Source: the human T2T-CHM13v2.0 reference genome, Homo sapiens. Taken from it: DNA of 64,000 nucleotides. The stretch lies in the NCBI RefSeq assembly GCF_009914755.1, contig NC_060926.1; one strand, written 5' to 3'. The notes under the pieces were generated by a model. The model was not told the origin of the DNA and ran no database searches. It saw only the letters and a program-made list of their open reading frames with translations. A program made the position numbers and the translations under genes. Within the stretch, counting starts at the first letter, position 1; every line of letters starts with the position of its first letter. Below, one piece after another: positions 15,084-28,097 of the stretch.

Positions 15084-16473
15084 TTATTTTTATTTACTCG
15101 CCCATAGACTGTATTTACTTAAGTTCTATGTTCTTATGTTATTCCGTCCAAAAAACCTCCAAGGCATACAATCTTCTACATTTCACCAATAAGAAAACTA
15201 CAACAGTAACAGAAATAACTGCCTCAGATGATTCAATCAGTGAATGGTCTGACCCAACATGGCGCTAACTCTTTCAGATCTTTCAGCTGTAACTGTTTAA
15301 ATTAGCCATGAATACGACAAAGATCAAATGCAAACAGGCAGTGTACCTAAAAGAACTATCAAGCATTTCTGTTTTCTGTGGAAATTGATGGCAGGAAGTG
15401 GGATAGAGGGATATAGAAGTGTTTTATGTATTTATTTGTTTTAAAGCAATGTGTATTTATTGAGGGCCTCATGTTTAAGGCCCTATGTCGGTTGTTTCCA
15501 GCAATACAAAGAAGTCAAAAGTCCGGGTACTCAAGGAGGTGATATTATAGTTGGTGAAACATTAATTTACCTGTAAAATAAAAAACTAAGTAATGATACA
15601 ATTACAGTATGAACCACAGATGGCTAGCAGAGTAAAAACTATAAATGTCCCAGCATTAGAGACATTGATATTATTGAGAAATACAGACTTTGATGAAGGG
15701 GAAAGGAAACAAAAGATACAATAGAAGGTGGGAAGTGGAGGATGGATGTTCTCAATCTGCTAGAAGGAAATGGAGGCAATTGTTATGAGCATAGACTTTT
15801 TTTTAATCATACAACTTTATTCTCATTTAAGAAAATTTTTGTGGGTACATAGTAGGTGTATATGGGCACAGACTTTTAGATCAGATAAATCTGCGAGTAA
15901 ATCTGTTGTCCATCTTCAAAGTAGGTCTTTGATCTTAGGTAAGTGATTTAGCCTCTCTGGTCTCAGTTTTCTTGTCTAGAAAATGAGGATTATAATGGCA
16001 CTGATTTCTGGGGTCACTGGGAAGATTAAATAAGGTAGAACAGGACCTCCTCCCCTACTTGATGTTGGTTACTGCAAATATCTTCCTCACCGGGTTATCT
16101 GTTTTATTTGAATTTTGCCTATAGTGTTGTTCCTGGGGGAGAAATGTTTAGTTTTGGTATCAAATTTATCAATTGTTTATTAGTTTGTCCTTTTGGGGTG
16201 ACTTATTTAAATTAGTTAAAAGTACCTGGAAACCTGGTAGCAAAATGAGAAAATAATATAAATAATTCACATAACCAGAAATCTGTATTATTATTATGTG
16301 GATGAAAGAAATGCTCATCCTCACTAACAGGGAAATACAGGCTAAAAGCATAATGAGATACTATTCTAGAAAGCATTAGGATTTCCTTGCTGGCAGTACT
16401 TGGCAAAGATAAATATGAATACTTTATGACCCAGCTATCCCAATCCTAGATATATATTCCAGAGATACTTTTT

Positions 16474-17566
16474 TTTACACAGGAGATGGGTGAGAGAATA
16501 TTCTCCGCAGTGTTTTTTGTTATTCAGCACAAAAGGAAAAGACATATTTTTTTTTGAGTGGTAGATACATGCTGAGGAAACTCTGCGGCTGTCAGATGCG
16601 CACATGGTAACAGAGATAATTGTTCAAAAACATGACGCTGGGTGAAAAAAGAAAAAGGAATAAGATCTATAGCCCAAGCCATTTATGTATACTAAAATGT
16701 ATACACATTAAAAAACTCTATATAAGTTTAAAGAATACAATCGACATCCAAGCATAGTTTCAGGAACATTCTCTAGGAACTTATGTTTGGGGGCAAGAGG
16801 AGGACAGGAAGAGAAGAACTGGGGACACTGGGGAAAAGAACAAAACCAAACCATAGACATACCTTGTGCAAATAGGGGATGATTATCCTAGCTCTCTCAC
16901 CCTAAGACCAGCACTCCCTAAATAAAAGTATACTCCATGTTTTTAAGGACCACTAGTGTAGTCATAGTGTCAATAGTTACTGTCAGTGATAGGTAACAGT
17001 GGTGAGTAAAATATGGGTGAAGCTGATGCAAATTTTATAAAACAAGAAGACTTATAGAGATCTAAAGATATTTGTAAATGACTGTTAATTAGATACAGTT
17101 AAATCAACACATGTTTCAGGTCATTCTGCTAGTGTTCAACTGGTTAATGCCAAATGCAAACTGCAATTTCAAAATGCAGTTTACAAATGTTTCAAGACAT
17201 AATAGCACTCTATTTTCTTTTTATGTTTATTATTATTAAATTTTTTGGTGTGGAACAAATTTTCAGAAAAGTACATAATTCATAATTGTTTACTTTAGTG
17301 AGTTATCACAAAGTAAACATATCATCACCAAGTCTTGGGCTATAGATCTTGGGCCATATGGCTTGGGCTATAGATCTTATTCCTTTTTCTTTTTTCACCC
17401 AGCGTCATGTTTTTGAACAATTATCTCTGTTACCATGTGCACATCTGACAGCCGCAGAGTTTCCTCAGCATGTATCTACTACTCAAAAAAAAATATGTCT
17501 TTTCCTTCTGTGCTGAATAACAAAAAACACTGCAGAGAATATTCTCTCACCCATCTCCTGTGTAAA
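16474..17566. repeat. 209-bp inverted repeat (arms 16474-16682 and 17358-17566, spacer ~675 bp)
   Basis: Manual reverse-complement alignment gives 4 mismatches in 209 nt. Confidence 0.95.
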
Positions 17567-17789
17567 TAGAACACAGCAGAGATGCCAGAGGCCCTCCATG
17601 ACCTCACCCAGATGCTACATCCTTTTTCCTTTCCAGGCGCAATTACTGTCTTCCAACACCATAGCTTAGCTTTGCCTGGTTTTGAACTTTTGTTTAGAAT
17701 TTTTAAATGCCTTAGTACTATAGAAATTTTAAAAAATCTAAAGTTGAATATTGGACCTATATTTGAGATTTCATTTTATAAATAGTGTT

Positions 17790-20330
17790 TTCTTAAAAAA
17801 AATCTTCATTTCCAACGGTTTATTGCTAGTATTTAAAAATCCAGTGATTTTTGTGTGTTGGCCTGATATGTTGTGACCTTATCAAACTCACTTATCAGTT
17901 CTAGGAGATGTTTTTTCTTTTTTTTTTTTTTGTGGTAGCTTTTTTAGGATCTTCCATGTGGATAATTATGTCATCTGTGAATAGAAACAGTTTTTTTTCC
18001 TTTCTAATTTGTATGACTTTTATTACTTTTTCTTGCCTTATTGCACTGATTAGGATATGCAGTCAGGGATAAGAGAGATAACAGCAGATCCTTCCCTTGG
18101 TCCTAATCTTCAGAAAAAATTACCCAGTCTTTAACCACTAAGTATAATGTTAGCCGTATTTTTTTTTTAGTTGTCCTTTCACAGGTTAAGGAAGTTTACT
18201 TCTATTTTTTAGTTTGCTGCTAGTTTCAGTTATGAAGAGATGTTGAATTTGTCAAATTCTTTTTTTGTGACAATTGGTACAATCTTTACACCATGTATAG
18301 GGTAGATTACATTTATTGACTTCTCCCCCTCCCCATGGAAGTTATAAAAGGATTGCTTTTTTGTTGTTTTACATTTTAAGTTCCAGGATACACACGCAGT
18401 ACATGCAGGTTTGTTACATAGGTAAACGTTTGCCATCGTTGTTTGCTGCACCTATCAACCCATCACCTAGGTATTAAGCCTCACGTGCATTAGCTATTTA
18501 TCCTGATGCTCTCCCTCCCCCCAGCCCCTGACAGGCCACAGTGTGTGTTGTTCCCCTCCCTGTGTCCATGTGTTCTCATTGTTCAGCTCCCACTTATAAC
18601 TGAGAATATGTGGTGTTTGGTTTTCTGTTCCTGAGGATAATGGCTTCTGGCTCCATCTATGTCCCCACAAAGAACATGATCTCATTCCTTTTTATGGCTG
18701 CATAGTATTTCATGGTGTATATGTACCACATTTTCTTTATCCAGTCTATCATTGATGGGCATTTGTGTTGATTCCATGTCTTTGCTATTGTGAATAGTGC
18801 ATTTATTATTGAAATCAGTCTTATATTCCTAGGATAAATCCTAGTTGATGTTAGTGTACTATTATTATTTATTTATAATGCATTCAATTAACTAACATTT
18901 CATTGAGGAATTTTGCGTCTATGTTGATGAAGGATATTGGTCTATAGTTTCCTTATATTGTCTTTGTCAAGTTTTAGTATCAGGGTAGTGCTGGCCTCAT
19001 AAAATGAGATGTTTTCTGAAAGACATTGTATAGAATTAGTATTATTTCTTCTTTAAAGGTTAGGTGGAATTTGCCAGTGGAGTAATTTGGGCCTCTTGAT
19101 TTCTTGTTCAGAAGATTTTAAACCACAGATTTAATTTATTTACAATTTTAGGACTATGTAGGTTGTTTGTTTCATTTACAGTGAGTTTTAGTAGTTTGAG
19201 GTTTTTGAGGAGTTGGTCCAGTTTATCTAATTTTTTAGTCTATAAGCATTAAATTGTTCATAGTATTCACCTTATCCTATTATCCTATTAATGCATATGA
19301 AATCTCTAATAATATTCTTTTTCATTCCTGATAGAATTTATGTCTTCTATTTTCTTTTCAGTCTTCCAAGATATTTGTCAATTTTATTATTTTCACATAA
19401 CTAGCTTTTGATTTCATTTATTTTCCCTATTGCTTTTCTGCTTTCAATTTCATTGATTTCCGCTTTTATTATTTCCCTCCTTCTTCCTCTGAGTTTGTCT
19501 TACTATTCTTTTTCTAGTTTCTTTAGGAAGAAGCTTAGATTATTGGTTTGAATTTTTTTTTTCTTCTGAAATTAGTATTTAGTGTTTGGATATCTTTCTG
19601 TTCTCTTTCAGTTGATGATTTCTGATTCAATTCCATTATGGTCAGAGAACATACATTGTATAATTCCAGTTCTTTCAAATTTGTTAAAGTTTATTTTATG
19701 ACATGGAATATGGTCCATCTTGGTAAATGTTCTATGTGTACTTGAAAAGAATTCTGCCATTGTTGGGTGGAATATTCCAAAATTTTCAGTTAGATACAGT
19801 TGGCTGATGATGTTCAGTTCTCATAATCTTGCAGATTTTCTATGTACTAGTTCTATTCATTACTGAGCAAGGAGTATGAAATCTCCAACTCTAACTGTAA
19901 TTTATTTGTTTCTCCTTTCAGTTGTATTAGCTTTTCTTCATGTTCGAAGCTCTGTTGTTAGGCACACACACATTTAAGATTGTTCTGTCTTCTTGGTGAA
20001 ATGACCATTGTATCATTATAGAATGCCCTTCTTTATACCTGGTAATTTTCTTTGCTCTGAAGTCTACTTTGTTATTAATATAGCCACTCAGCTTAAAAAA
20101 AGTGTGTTCCTGGTATATATTTCTCCATCCTTTACTTTAAACTTACCTATATCATCATATTTAAAATAAGTTTTTTGAAGATATTATAGTTGGAACTTTA
20201 AAAAAATCATTCTGATAATCTCTATCTTTTAACATGTATTTAGACCATGTACATTCATGTAATTATTAATATATTTAGATTTAGGTCTATATTTTTAGTA
20301 TTTGTTTTCTGTTAATGAGTATTTGTTTCT
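17790..20330 (-). mobile_element. Old L1M ORF2 segment, antisense
   Basis: T-rich antisense L1 ORF2 text ('ttgaggaattttgcgtctatgtt', 'gtgctggcctcataaaatgag', 'ttccattatggtcagagaacata'). Confidence 0.85.
18358..18800 (-). mobile_element. 5'-truncated L1PA (PA8-PA13-like) 3' end nested in the L1M
   Basis: 'gcaggtttgttacataggtaaac', 'gctatttatcctgatgctctccc', 'ccagtctatcattgatgggcattt'. Confidence 0.88.
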
Positions 20331-20553
20331 GTTTTCAGGCTTGTGAGATCCTAAACAAAGAACCTACTAAGTTCTGCCCAGATTTCTCACTTACAGAACA
20401 GTAAGATAACAGACTTGTATGGTTTTCAGCCGCTAACTTTGTGGTAATTTGTTATGCAGCAGTAGAAAATTAATACGGGTGCCTTTCCACATTAAATCAG
20501 TGCTGGCCTATGTGATCAGTACAGTATGGAGGAAGCAACAATGTGTGACTTTG

Positions 20554-20557
<4 letters not shown>

Positions 20558-20591
<34 letters not shown>

Positions 20592-20672
20592 CATGTGTAT
20601 TTGTAGAGATGGGGTCTCTCTTTGTTGCCCAGCCTGGTCTTGAACTTCTGGCCTCAAGCAATCCTCCCAACT
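20558..20672 (-). repeat. (TG)n microsatellite followed by antisense Alu left-monomer fragment
   Basis: About 13 TG units, then 'gtagagatggggtctc...ggtcttgaacttctggcctcaagcaatcctccc'. Confidence 0.8.
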
Positions 20673-20689
20673 CTGTGTGACTTTGACGA

Positions 20690-21022
20690 CTACATCACAC
20701 AAGCGTCATGGCAGCCCTGTGAAGAGGCTGACTTGGAAAAAAAAAAAAAAAAAGAAATGCTTCTGCCAACGTCCAGCAACATCTTCCAGCCATATGAATG
20801 AGCCACCTTGGAAGTGGATCCTCCAGCTCCAAACAAGTCTTCAGATGTGTGTAACCCCAGCCAATATCCAACTGAAACCTCATGAGAGACCCTTGGCCGG
20901 AACTACCTAGCCAAGCAACTCCTGAAATCCTGATCACAGAAACAGTAAGAGGTAATAAATGACTAGTGTTTAAGCACTACATTTTGGGGTACTTTTTAAT
21001 GCAGCCTTAGATAACTAATACA
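20690..21022 (+). mobile_element. MaLR LTR fragment (MLT1F-like)
   Basis: 'gagccaccttggaagtggatcctccagc', 'cctcatgagagacc', ending 'agataactaataca'. Confidence 0.75.
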
Positions 21023-21443
21023 TGGCCCTATTACATGCCTACATACTAGAAATATAGCAATGAGTAAAGCCAAGCGCCTGTGTCATGCAGTTTTTATTCT
21101 ACTTTAAGAGAAGGTATATAAACTATACAAATAGTTAAAAATACACTTTGCCAGGTAGAAATAAGTGTTGAGAGAAAAATAAATCAGTATAAGAAGTTGA
21201 AAAGTAATAATGGGGCTCTATAAGATGGCCAAGGAACACATCTTTAATAAGTAAAAATATGAGTACTGACCCGAAGTGAGGGATCAAGCCATGCAGGTAT
21301 TTTGGGGAAGAACATTCTAGCAGAGGGAACTTCAAGTATAAAGACCATGAGGTGGGAGTACCCTTAGTGAGTATGAAGAATTGCCAAAGATGTGAAGAGT
21401 TCTGTGTTGTGTTTTAATTGAAAAACTTCAAGAATGTTGGAAT

Positions 21444-21600
21444 GAGGATTGCCAGATTAAATATAGACCCCCTGTTAAATTTGAATTTCAGATAAATAAC
21501 TTTTTTTTTAGTAAAAGTATGTTTCAAATATTGCAAAAATTATTAGTTCCTTATCTGAAATTCAAATTTAAGTAAGTATCTTGTAATTTCATTTGATAAA
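21444..21600. mobile_element. MER53 palindromic hAT MITE, internally deleted
   Basis: 'ttgccagattaaata...ttaaatttgaatttcagataa' and its inverse 'ttatctgaaattcaaatttaa'. Confidence 0.8.
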
Positions 21601-21981
21601 GTAAAATGATTGCAGGAATGGAAAGCACATCCCTTTGGAGGAATGGTGAAGGAGTGCACATGAATATTCCAGAACAGAGAAGGGAGGATGCACCCATTTC
21701 CACCCCCAAATTAAAGCCACACTGAATTTTTTAATTCTATGGACAGTACCGGAGGAAGATTAGCTTAGCCAACTGTGTCTCAGACGCTTCCCTCAGATGT
21801 TTTGCAGGCACTGGAAACTAAAACCCACTGAATTCATGCATATCTTTGGGCAAGCATCCATGTAGGTAGAATATGGGAGTAGTGCCAGATGATATCTGCA
21901 GTTTCGTTTGGCATTTACACTCTGCGATTCAATGAAGGGTTAGAAATTACATACTAACTTCTTGTTTTTCAGTCTCCACAG

Positions 21982-22055
21982 AGAATAGAGCAGGAGTTGA
22001 TGAGTCTTGCAATGAGAGAATTGATGAAATACTTAAGGAAGAACTTCTTAACTGA
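21982..22055 (+). CDS. Putative coding part of a host terminal exon (...NRAGVDESCNERIDEILKEELLN*); gene not identified
   Basis: Perfect branch point TACTAAC at 21952-21958, pyrimidine tract, in-frame acceptor AGs at 21971-72 and 21980-81, TGA at 22053-55, AATAAA at 22284-89. Confidence 0.4.
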
Positions 22056-22283
22056 AGGGCAATTAAACACAAATGGCTTTGCATGGGAGGATATGGAAAT
22101 CTTGCTCCTTTGTGATCTTTGAAAAGAGGCAGCAGCTGTTGTGAGCAACTTAAGACTCACAGAGTGCTATCCTGGAGGAGGAGGAGGATGAACCACATCC
22201 TGGGAATAACTCTCTACACACTTTAACATATTTTCCTGGTGGTCCTTATGCACACTACAGTTTGAGAATCATGGTTATTGAGA

Positions 22284-22289
22284 AATAAA
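22284..22289 (+). terminator. Candidate polyadenylation signal of the putative terminal exon
   Basis: AATAAA followed by pyrimidine-rich sequence, ~230 nt after the stop codon. Confidence 0.35.
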
Positions 22290-23434
22290 AGGCTTTCTTT
22301 CTCTGCCTAGGCTTAGGCCTTTAATGACCTATTTAGTCTTACATGTGGTGATGGAGACCTCTGCCTAAGCTTATTTTCTACAGGGATGGTACACATGCTA
22401 AGAATGAAATGGGAGATGGAGATGCTAAAGGATTTAAAAAGAGGTTTTAGATCAAGGTGTTCTAGGCCAGGTACAGGAGAGGTTTATGGGCTCCTACTTT
22501 TGCCAAAAGCTCCCCTTACAACTTTACTATCTGTATGTCCTAAAACCATCTCTGTCTCTTATCTTCCTAAAGTTTTCTACCAAATCTTTTCTTTAATTGA
22601 ATGATATCTTTATTAAGTAAAAATGAAGGATTCTTTCCATTCCACCATCAGTTCAGATTGGGGACCCAGAATATCCCAAACCTTTATGGGGCAGACAACC
22701 ATCCCTTCTCAAAGTTTCAGGAAGAACTAGTGGAGCTGGTGAAAATAAAATAGGGGAAGAGCTTAGGGTCAGCTAGGAAGCAATTTAATGTCATTTAATA
22801 TTACAAAAGGAATCTAAAGGCACCTAGCATCTCCAAGTTCCATTTTGACCCCATAACTCAAGAGTTGTGGTTGTGAAAGTCCTTGTTAAGAAGGAAATTT
22901 GAAGGAAAGACTATTAAGTAGAACATTTCAGACATCCCCTTTACGGCCACTGGAGATTCTACCGGAGCAGCTCCCTCCAGCTGACCTGATGGGTTACAGC
23001 TCAGCTCTGGGTCGTTTTTTGGATTCCTCCAGATTTCTGCCAAGCCCTGGGTTGCCCATTCCTCTCCTCCTATCAGCATTCCCATGTTTATCAGTCTGTT
23101 TCAAGCTCTCTTTGAATGGCCTCCTGCTGGTGGATGACCCTGTCATTATTAGGATGTCCCATGCCTCAAACTCCTTTTACCCTCCACAGACTTTTATCCT
23201 TATTTCAAGTTGATGCAGGGCAGATAATGGTTTTCCTGACCTTTTGTCTCCTCTGCCTTAGATACAGAAAGAACCCTGATCCTGTGTCTATGGGTGGCAG
23301 TCAACTTGGGGTCATGAAAATTGCCAGCTTCTTATAAACAGAGCTCTGAAACATGCCAGAATTTATTGTTCAAGCACCTGAACAAGCCAATTCAGCCCAA
23401 ACAGGGTAAACCCACACTCTAAGCCCAGGCCCAC

Positions 23435-24626
23435 TTGGTGTGAATAGCTCACCCACCTCCCCAACCCCTGCAAGTTCCATGAATCTTGCCCCATAGCAGG
23501 CTACAGCCAGTCTTTGCTTATGGTAACTCCAAACTGGTTCTAAAAGTTTCTTCCAGGAGATTCACACAAAATACTTTTCTCCTAGCAGAGCAGCTTGGTT
23601 TGATTTGGGCTATTTGACTACAAAAGCCCAGAGGCCATGCATTTATTTCAAAATATTAGGAATCAGCAGCACAAATGAGATTGCATTTTTGTGAAAAGTT
23701 AAAGATTTCTCATTTAGGGAGAGAGTTCACAAAGGACCCCATTAGCCAAGCCTCACCAGTAATTAGTCTGATTTCTCATGCAAAAGGCAGGCTAATTGTC
23801 TGCCATCCATTCCAAAAGACAGAGACACTTTAAAACCTACCACCCATTGAAAAATATCTCTGGAGAATTTTCTGCTATATCTGAAGTATTTTCCATTAAC
23901 GAAATGTTCAAACTAAAATTAATATATGAAGTTATGAACAAAGTGGCTGACTATAAATATGTCTTTTCAAATGTCAAAACATGGGCCTATTACTTATGAC
24001 ACTGAACTATAGAGAAATGGAAAGGGGCTGATATTTATAAAGCAATACTGTGAAATATACATTATTATTTAATAGATGGGGCAACTGAAGCTCAAAGAAG
24101 GTAAACAACTTTCCCAAAGTCACACAACGAGTTAGTGGCAGAGCTGGGATTCAATGGGTTAAAGCGAATATCATTTCCACAACCCAATGTGGAGCTTAGG
24201 AAGAAAGCAACATCGAGTTAGGGGTGTTTGAGGCTGGGTATCGAGAGATCTGCAGGATGGTCTAGTTTAACTGTGTGATCTCTCAAGGGACAGAATCCAT
24301 TAGCCAAGTGCATATGATGAGAACAAAGTTGAAACCAGTGTAGCAGAGCCGGTTTTTGAGCCTAACCTGTGCTCACCTGAGAGCTGGACTTGTCTCACTA
24401 GGTTTGATAGACCAATGGCCCATCTAGGATATATGCACATAGCATGTTGGCCCATGACAGTGTCCTGGAGGACACGGCTATAGTCAAACTCATGCACACG
24501 AAGCCTGCAGCAGCAATGGTGCTGTATGCTTCAGAAACATTTCTCTCCATGCAGACAACTTGAGACACTGGCAGCTTTGGTGTGAATCGCTCACCCACCT
24601 CCCCAACCCCTGCAAGTTCCATGAAT
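23435..24626. repeat. 50-bp dispersed direct repeat (23435-23484 and 24577-24626)
   Basis: ttggtgtgaat(a/c)gctcacccacctccccaacccctgcaagttccatgaat, 49/50 identical; flanks unrelated. Confidence 0.93.
24050..24200 (-). mobile_element. MIR fragment
   Basis: 'agatggggcaactgaagctcaaagaaggtaaacaactttcccaaagtcacacaacgagttagtggcagagctgggattcaa'. Confidence 0.75.
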
Positions 24627-25799
24627 GCATCAAGAGGTCCCTGGAAGCAGCAAAGCCATGCTAGATCAGAAACACTGACCTCTTGGCTACTTCCTCTCTG
24701 CTCCTCTCTAATGCCAGAGTGTGGCTCTATTCACTCCAGCTTGTCCACATAATGTCCTCTGCTCCTGCTCCTCCATTCCAGTAGGCAATGACTGCTGCCA
24801 CTGTTCCCATGCTGCACCCCAAGGTCTCCCAGCAGTCACAATGCTGGGGTGGGGTGAAGTCCCTTCGTCCTGAGTTCCCAAAGCCACAGCCCTTCTGTTT
24901 CTTCAAGAGTTTTCATGGGTTCTGCCCCATTATTGATACCTCCTTCAGTCCTATGGGTCCCTAGGAGCCACATAGAAATAGACCCCCAATGAGCCTGTGC
25001 TACTGCACAAAAATGTACAGATGTGACTAAAGGCACAGATGTGGCTAAAGCTTCAGTGGGGTGTAGGACAGATCTGTGAGTACTAAACTTGGGAGTATTT
25101 TAGACACCATTGTTAAAATGCAGATTTCAAGGTCTTACACCCAGAGATTCTGATTTGGTAGTTCTGGTGTTTGGGGCCTGGATGCTGCGTTTTAAATTAG
25201 TTTCTCAGTTACTGTGGCACAGAAGGTGGGCTGGGAAGCACCGGTGTAGGCCTGTAAGCTGCGACTCTACCTGCCTCTCCTGTCTTTGTTCATGTGTCTC
25301 GCTGGATGCTGAGCTCCTGCTGGGGAGGGATGATGGCTCATCCCTCCCCACATTTTAGTGTCTAGACCAGTATCTGGCACACAAATGGGCATCAGTAAAT
25401 GTCTGTGTCATGAATGAGTGGAGGCACTGTGTGAGGAGACTTCTCTTTAACAAATTAAAGAACTGGATGAAGAACCACCCTTGGTGCACTGTATTGACAG
25501 TGGCCACCCTGATTCAGATGCTGCGAGTAGGTAGAGGGCGATGGGAAAAGAAAGAATACTAGGAACATAGAGAACCTAATAAGCAAACGATGTGCAGGCA
25601 ATAAGCATTTAGGGCCCACCCCAGAATCCTCATGTGGCTCAGGTTAAGTGTCTTTGGAAGTAGAGAGGTCACCAGGCAATTCGAAAAAGGTGAGTGATTG
25701 AGCCAGGCAGGTGATGGTCATGCTGCAAAAAGACAGGCGCTCCTCTCCAGGGAGACTCTGGTTTCTTCCTACTTTCCAGATTTCTTAGAGGAGAGTTAA

Positions 25800-26112
<313 letters not shown>

Positions 26113-26519
26113 CATTTTTTACTTTTTAAAGTATTTGTTGGGGGCTGGACAAGTTTGACTTAAGAGAAAGAATTGGTAAATTCTTACAGCAGAGATTTGG
26201 CTTTCATGGTAAATTGCCCAATATACCCAGCTTTTTATCAAATAAAGCCTGTGCGCATATGTGTTGTGTCTTATTAGACGGTGGACAAAGGCCTGAGCAG
26301 ATTGTGGCTGTCGTCTGGAGAAGCTCCCCAGAGCAAACACTGTCTGGTCTAAGTGGCTCTCTTGTTAGGCCTTCTCCCACTGAAGAACCCTCTTTGCCTT
26401 CAGAAGTCCTGCCTCCAGGACCACACCCCCCCTGACAGCCCTGCGCTTGGACTCAGGAGTCTTTATAACTGCATCTGTCTGCATCCACAGAGTCAGGGAC
26501 AGGAGACACCATCTTTATA

Positions 26520-26760
26520 GTAACAGCTACCAATGGCTGAACGCTTACCGTGCCTGAACCTCATACACTCTAAGCACTTCATATACACTGCTTCCCTCAA
26601 CCTTCATCATAATCTTTGGAAATTATCTCTCCACAGAGGAGGAAACTGAGGCTCAGGAGACAAAGTAACTTGTCCCAGGTGCCACAGCTGGTAGAGGCAG
26701 GGTCAGAATTTAGACCCAGATCCACAGGTCTCCCAAGCCACATTCAATCTCTATGCTATA
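26520..26760 (-). mobile_element. MIR (MIRb-like)
   Basis: 'acagaggaggaaactgaggctcaggaga...aacttgtcccaggtgccacagctggta'. Confidence 0.75.
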
Positions 26761-27479
26761 TGGCATCTCTGATTTTTGCTCAAAAAAATAGAGTTTGAAG
26801 TCGATTTGAGTTTTTGTTGCTCTGTCAGTCCCAACAGCTGGGCATTGTTTATTTTCTGAATTGGACTTGGGAGGCGGTCATGGCTGGGGTTTGCTCTCTC
26901 TAAAGCCCTTGCACTGAGCCTGGCATTGGGCAAAATGGAGCCATGGGTTAGACTTGCCTAGCTTCATGCCCCACTCTGCCTTCAGCCCTCCTTAGCCCAT
27001 TCATGTCTTCCTCCAGTGGAAGCCCAGGGCCCACAGAGTGGCTGCTGTCATGGAGCATTTGCTCCAGAATTATAGGTAAGTTCAAAATGCATTCCCTCTC
27101 ATGACACTTTGCAAACCTGAGGGGTTTCACCGAGATATGGCCTCATATCATCTTTGCCCTGGTTCAGAAGGTTCAGACTTTAAGAATATTTAAGGATCAG
27201 AATAAGTGCAGTTATATTTTTGAAATTTGTATTTGAAAATAATTTCAAAATTACAGAAAGTTGCAAAAACAAAAATAGTACAAAGAGCATCTATTTGGTC
27301 ATGTTTGTACTCCACTTGCTTTATTATTTGCATGTTTCTCCCCTGCTTGACATACATATATATAATGTTCTGAGTCACTTGAAGGTAAGTTACATATCTC
27401 ATGGCCCTTTACCGCTAAATATTCCAGTGTGTATTTCCTAAGAACAGGGATGTTCTAATACATAACCATAATACTTGGC

Positions 27480-27953
27480 TGTAGGAGATCAATCAGAGTG
27501 GTGGGAAAAATTGCAGAAAGATGCAAACCTTTTTGGAAGGCTGGGAGGTTTTACAAAAGCTTTGGGAAAGGATTTGGCTGAAGGCAGCCAGATTCTCTTA
27601 CCTGGTGCCTGAAAGCTTAGGTTAGATAACAAGGGGATGTAAAGAAACTGAGCTAGATAAGTTAGCTTACTTAGGCCTTGGAACCTGGCCTTTAATCATC
27701 CGTGCACAGGACTGCTCTCTCTGGGGTGGGGGTGACCCACAAGTGTGTTGACTCAGGCCTTTGTCATTGAATCTGTACTGAATAAATGCCTGCAGTGCCA
27801 GTGGGTCAGGGCTGCTGCTGCTGACTCTTTACAGCATCCTCCTTGGGGTCTGTAAATGGCCCGGTCCCCTAGCCCACTCTTTCACTGGATACCTGTGTCT
27901 GAGTGCATTCTTTCATCCATCACTTGGCCAGGGTCTGTGGGTTGGACCCGGCA
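27480..27953 (+). repeat. 5' LTR (LTR22 family), 474 bp
   Basis: tgtaggagatc...ggacccggca; AATAAA at 27781-86; directly repeated at 34758. Confidence 0.95.
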
Positions 27954-27955
27954 GG

Positions 27956-27973
27956 TGGTGCCCCGTGTGAGGA
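27956..27973 (+). promoter_or_regulatory. Primer binding site complementary to elongator tRNA-Met
   Basis: TGGTGCCCCGTGTGAGGA is the reverse complement of the tRNA-Met(CAT) 3' end (...TCCTCACACGGGGCACCA), 2 nt after the LTR. Confidence 0.92.
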
Positions 27974-28097
27974 ACACCACAACAGATCACGACGGAACCC
28001 TTGAAAACGAAGGTGAAGAGACTGTGCAGTCAGTAAGTCATTGGTGCCTGCTTGGGATTTCCAAGTTCAAGGGAATTGTTCAGGCTAGAGTTTCATC

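Noticed and set aside
21444-21600. Hairpin as a novel miRNA or structured RNA
   Set aside because: Explained by the palindromic MER53 MITE; no expression evidence available.
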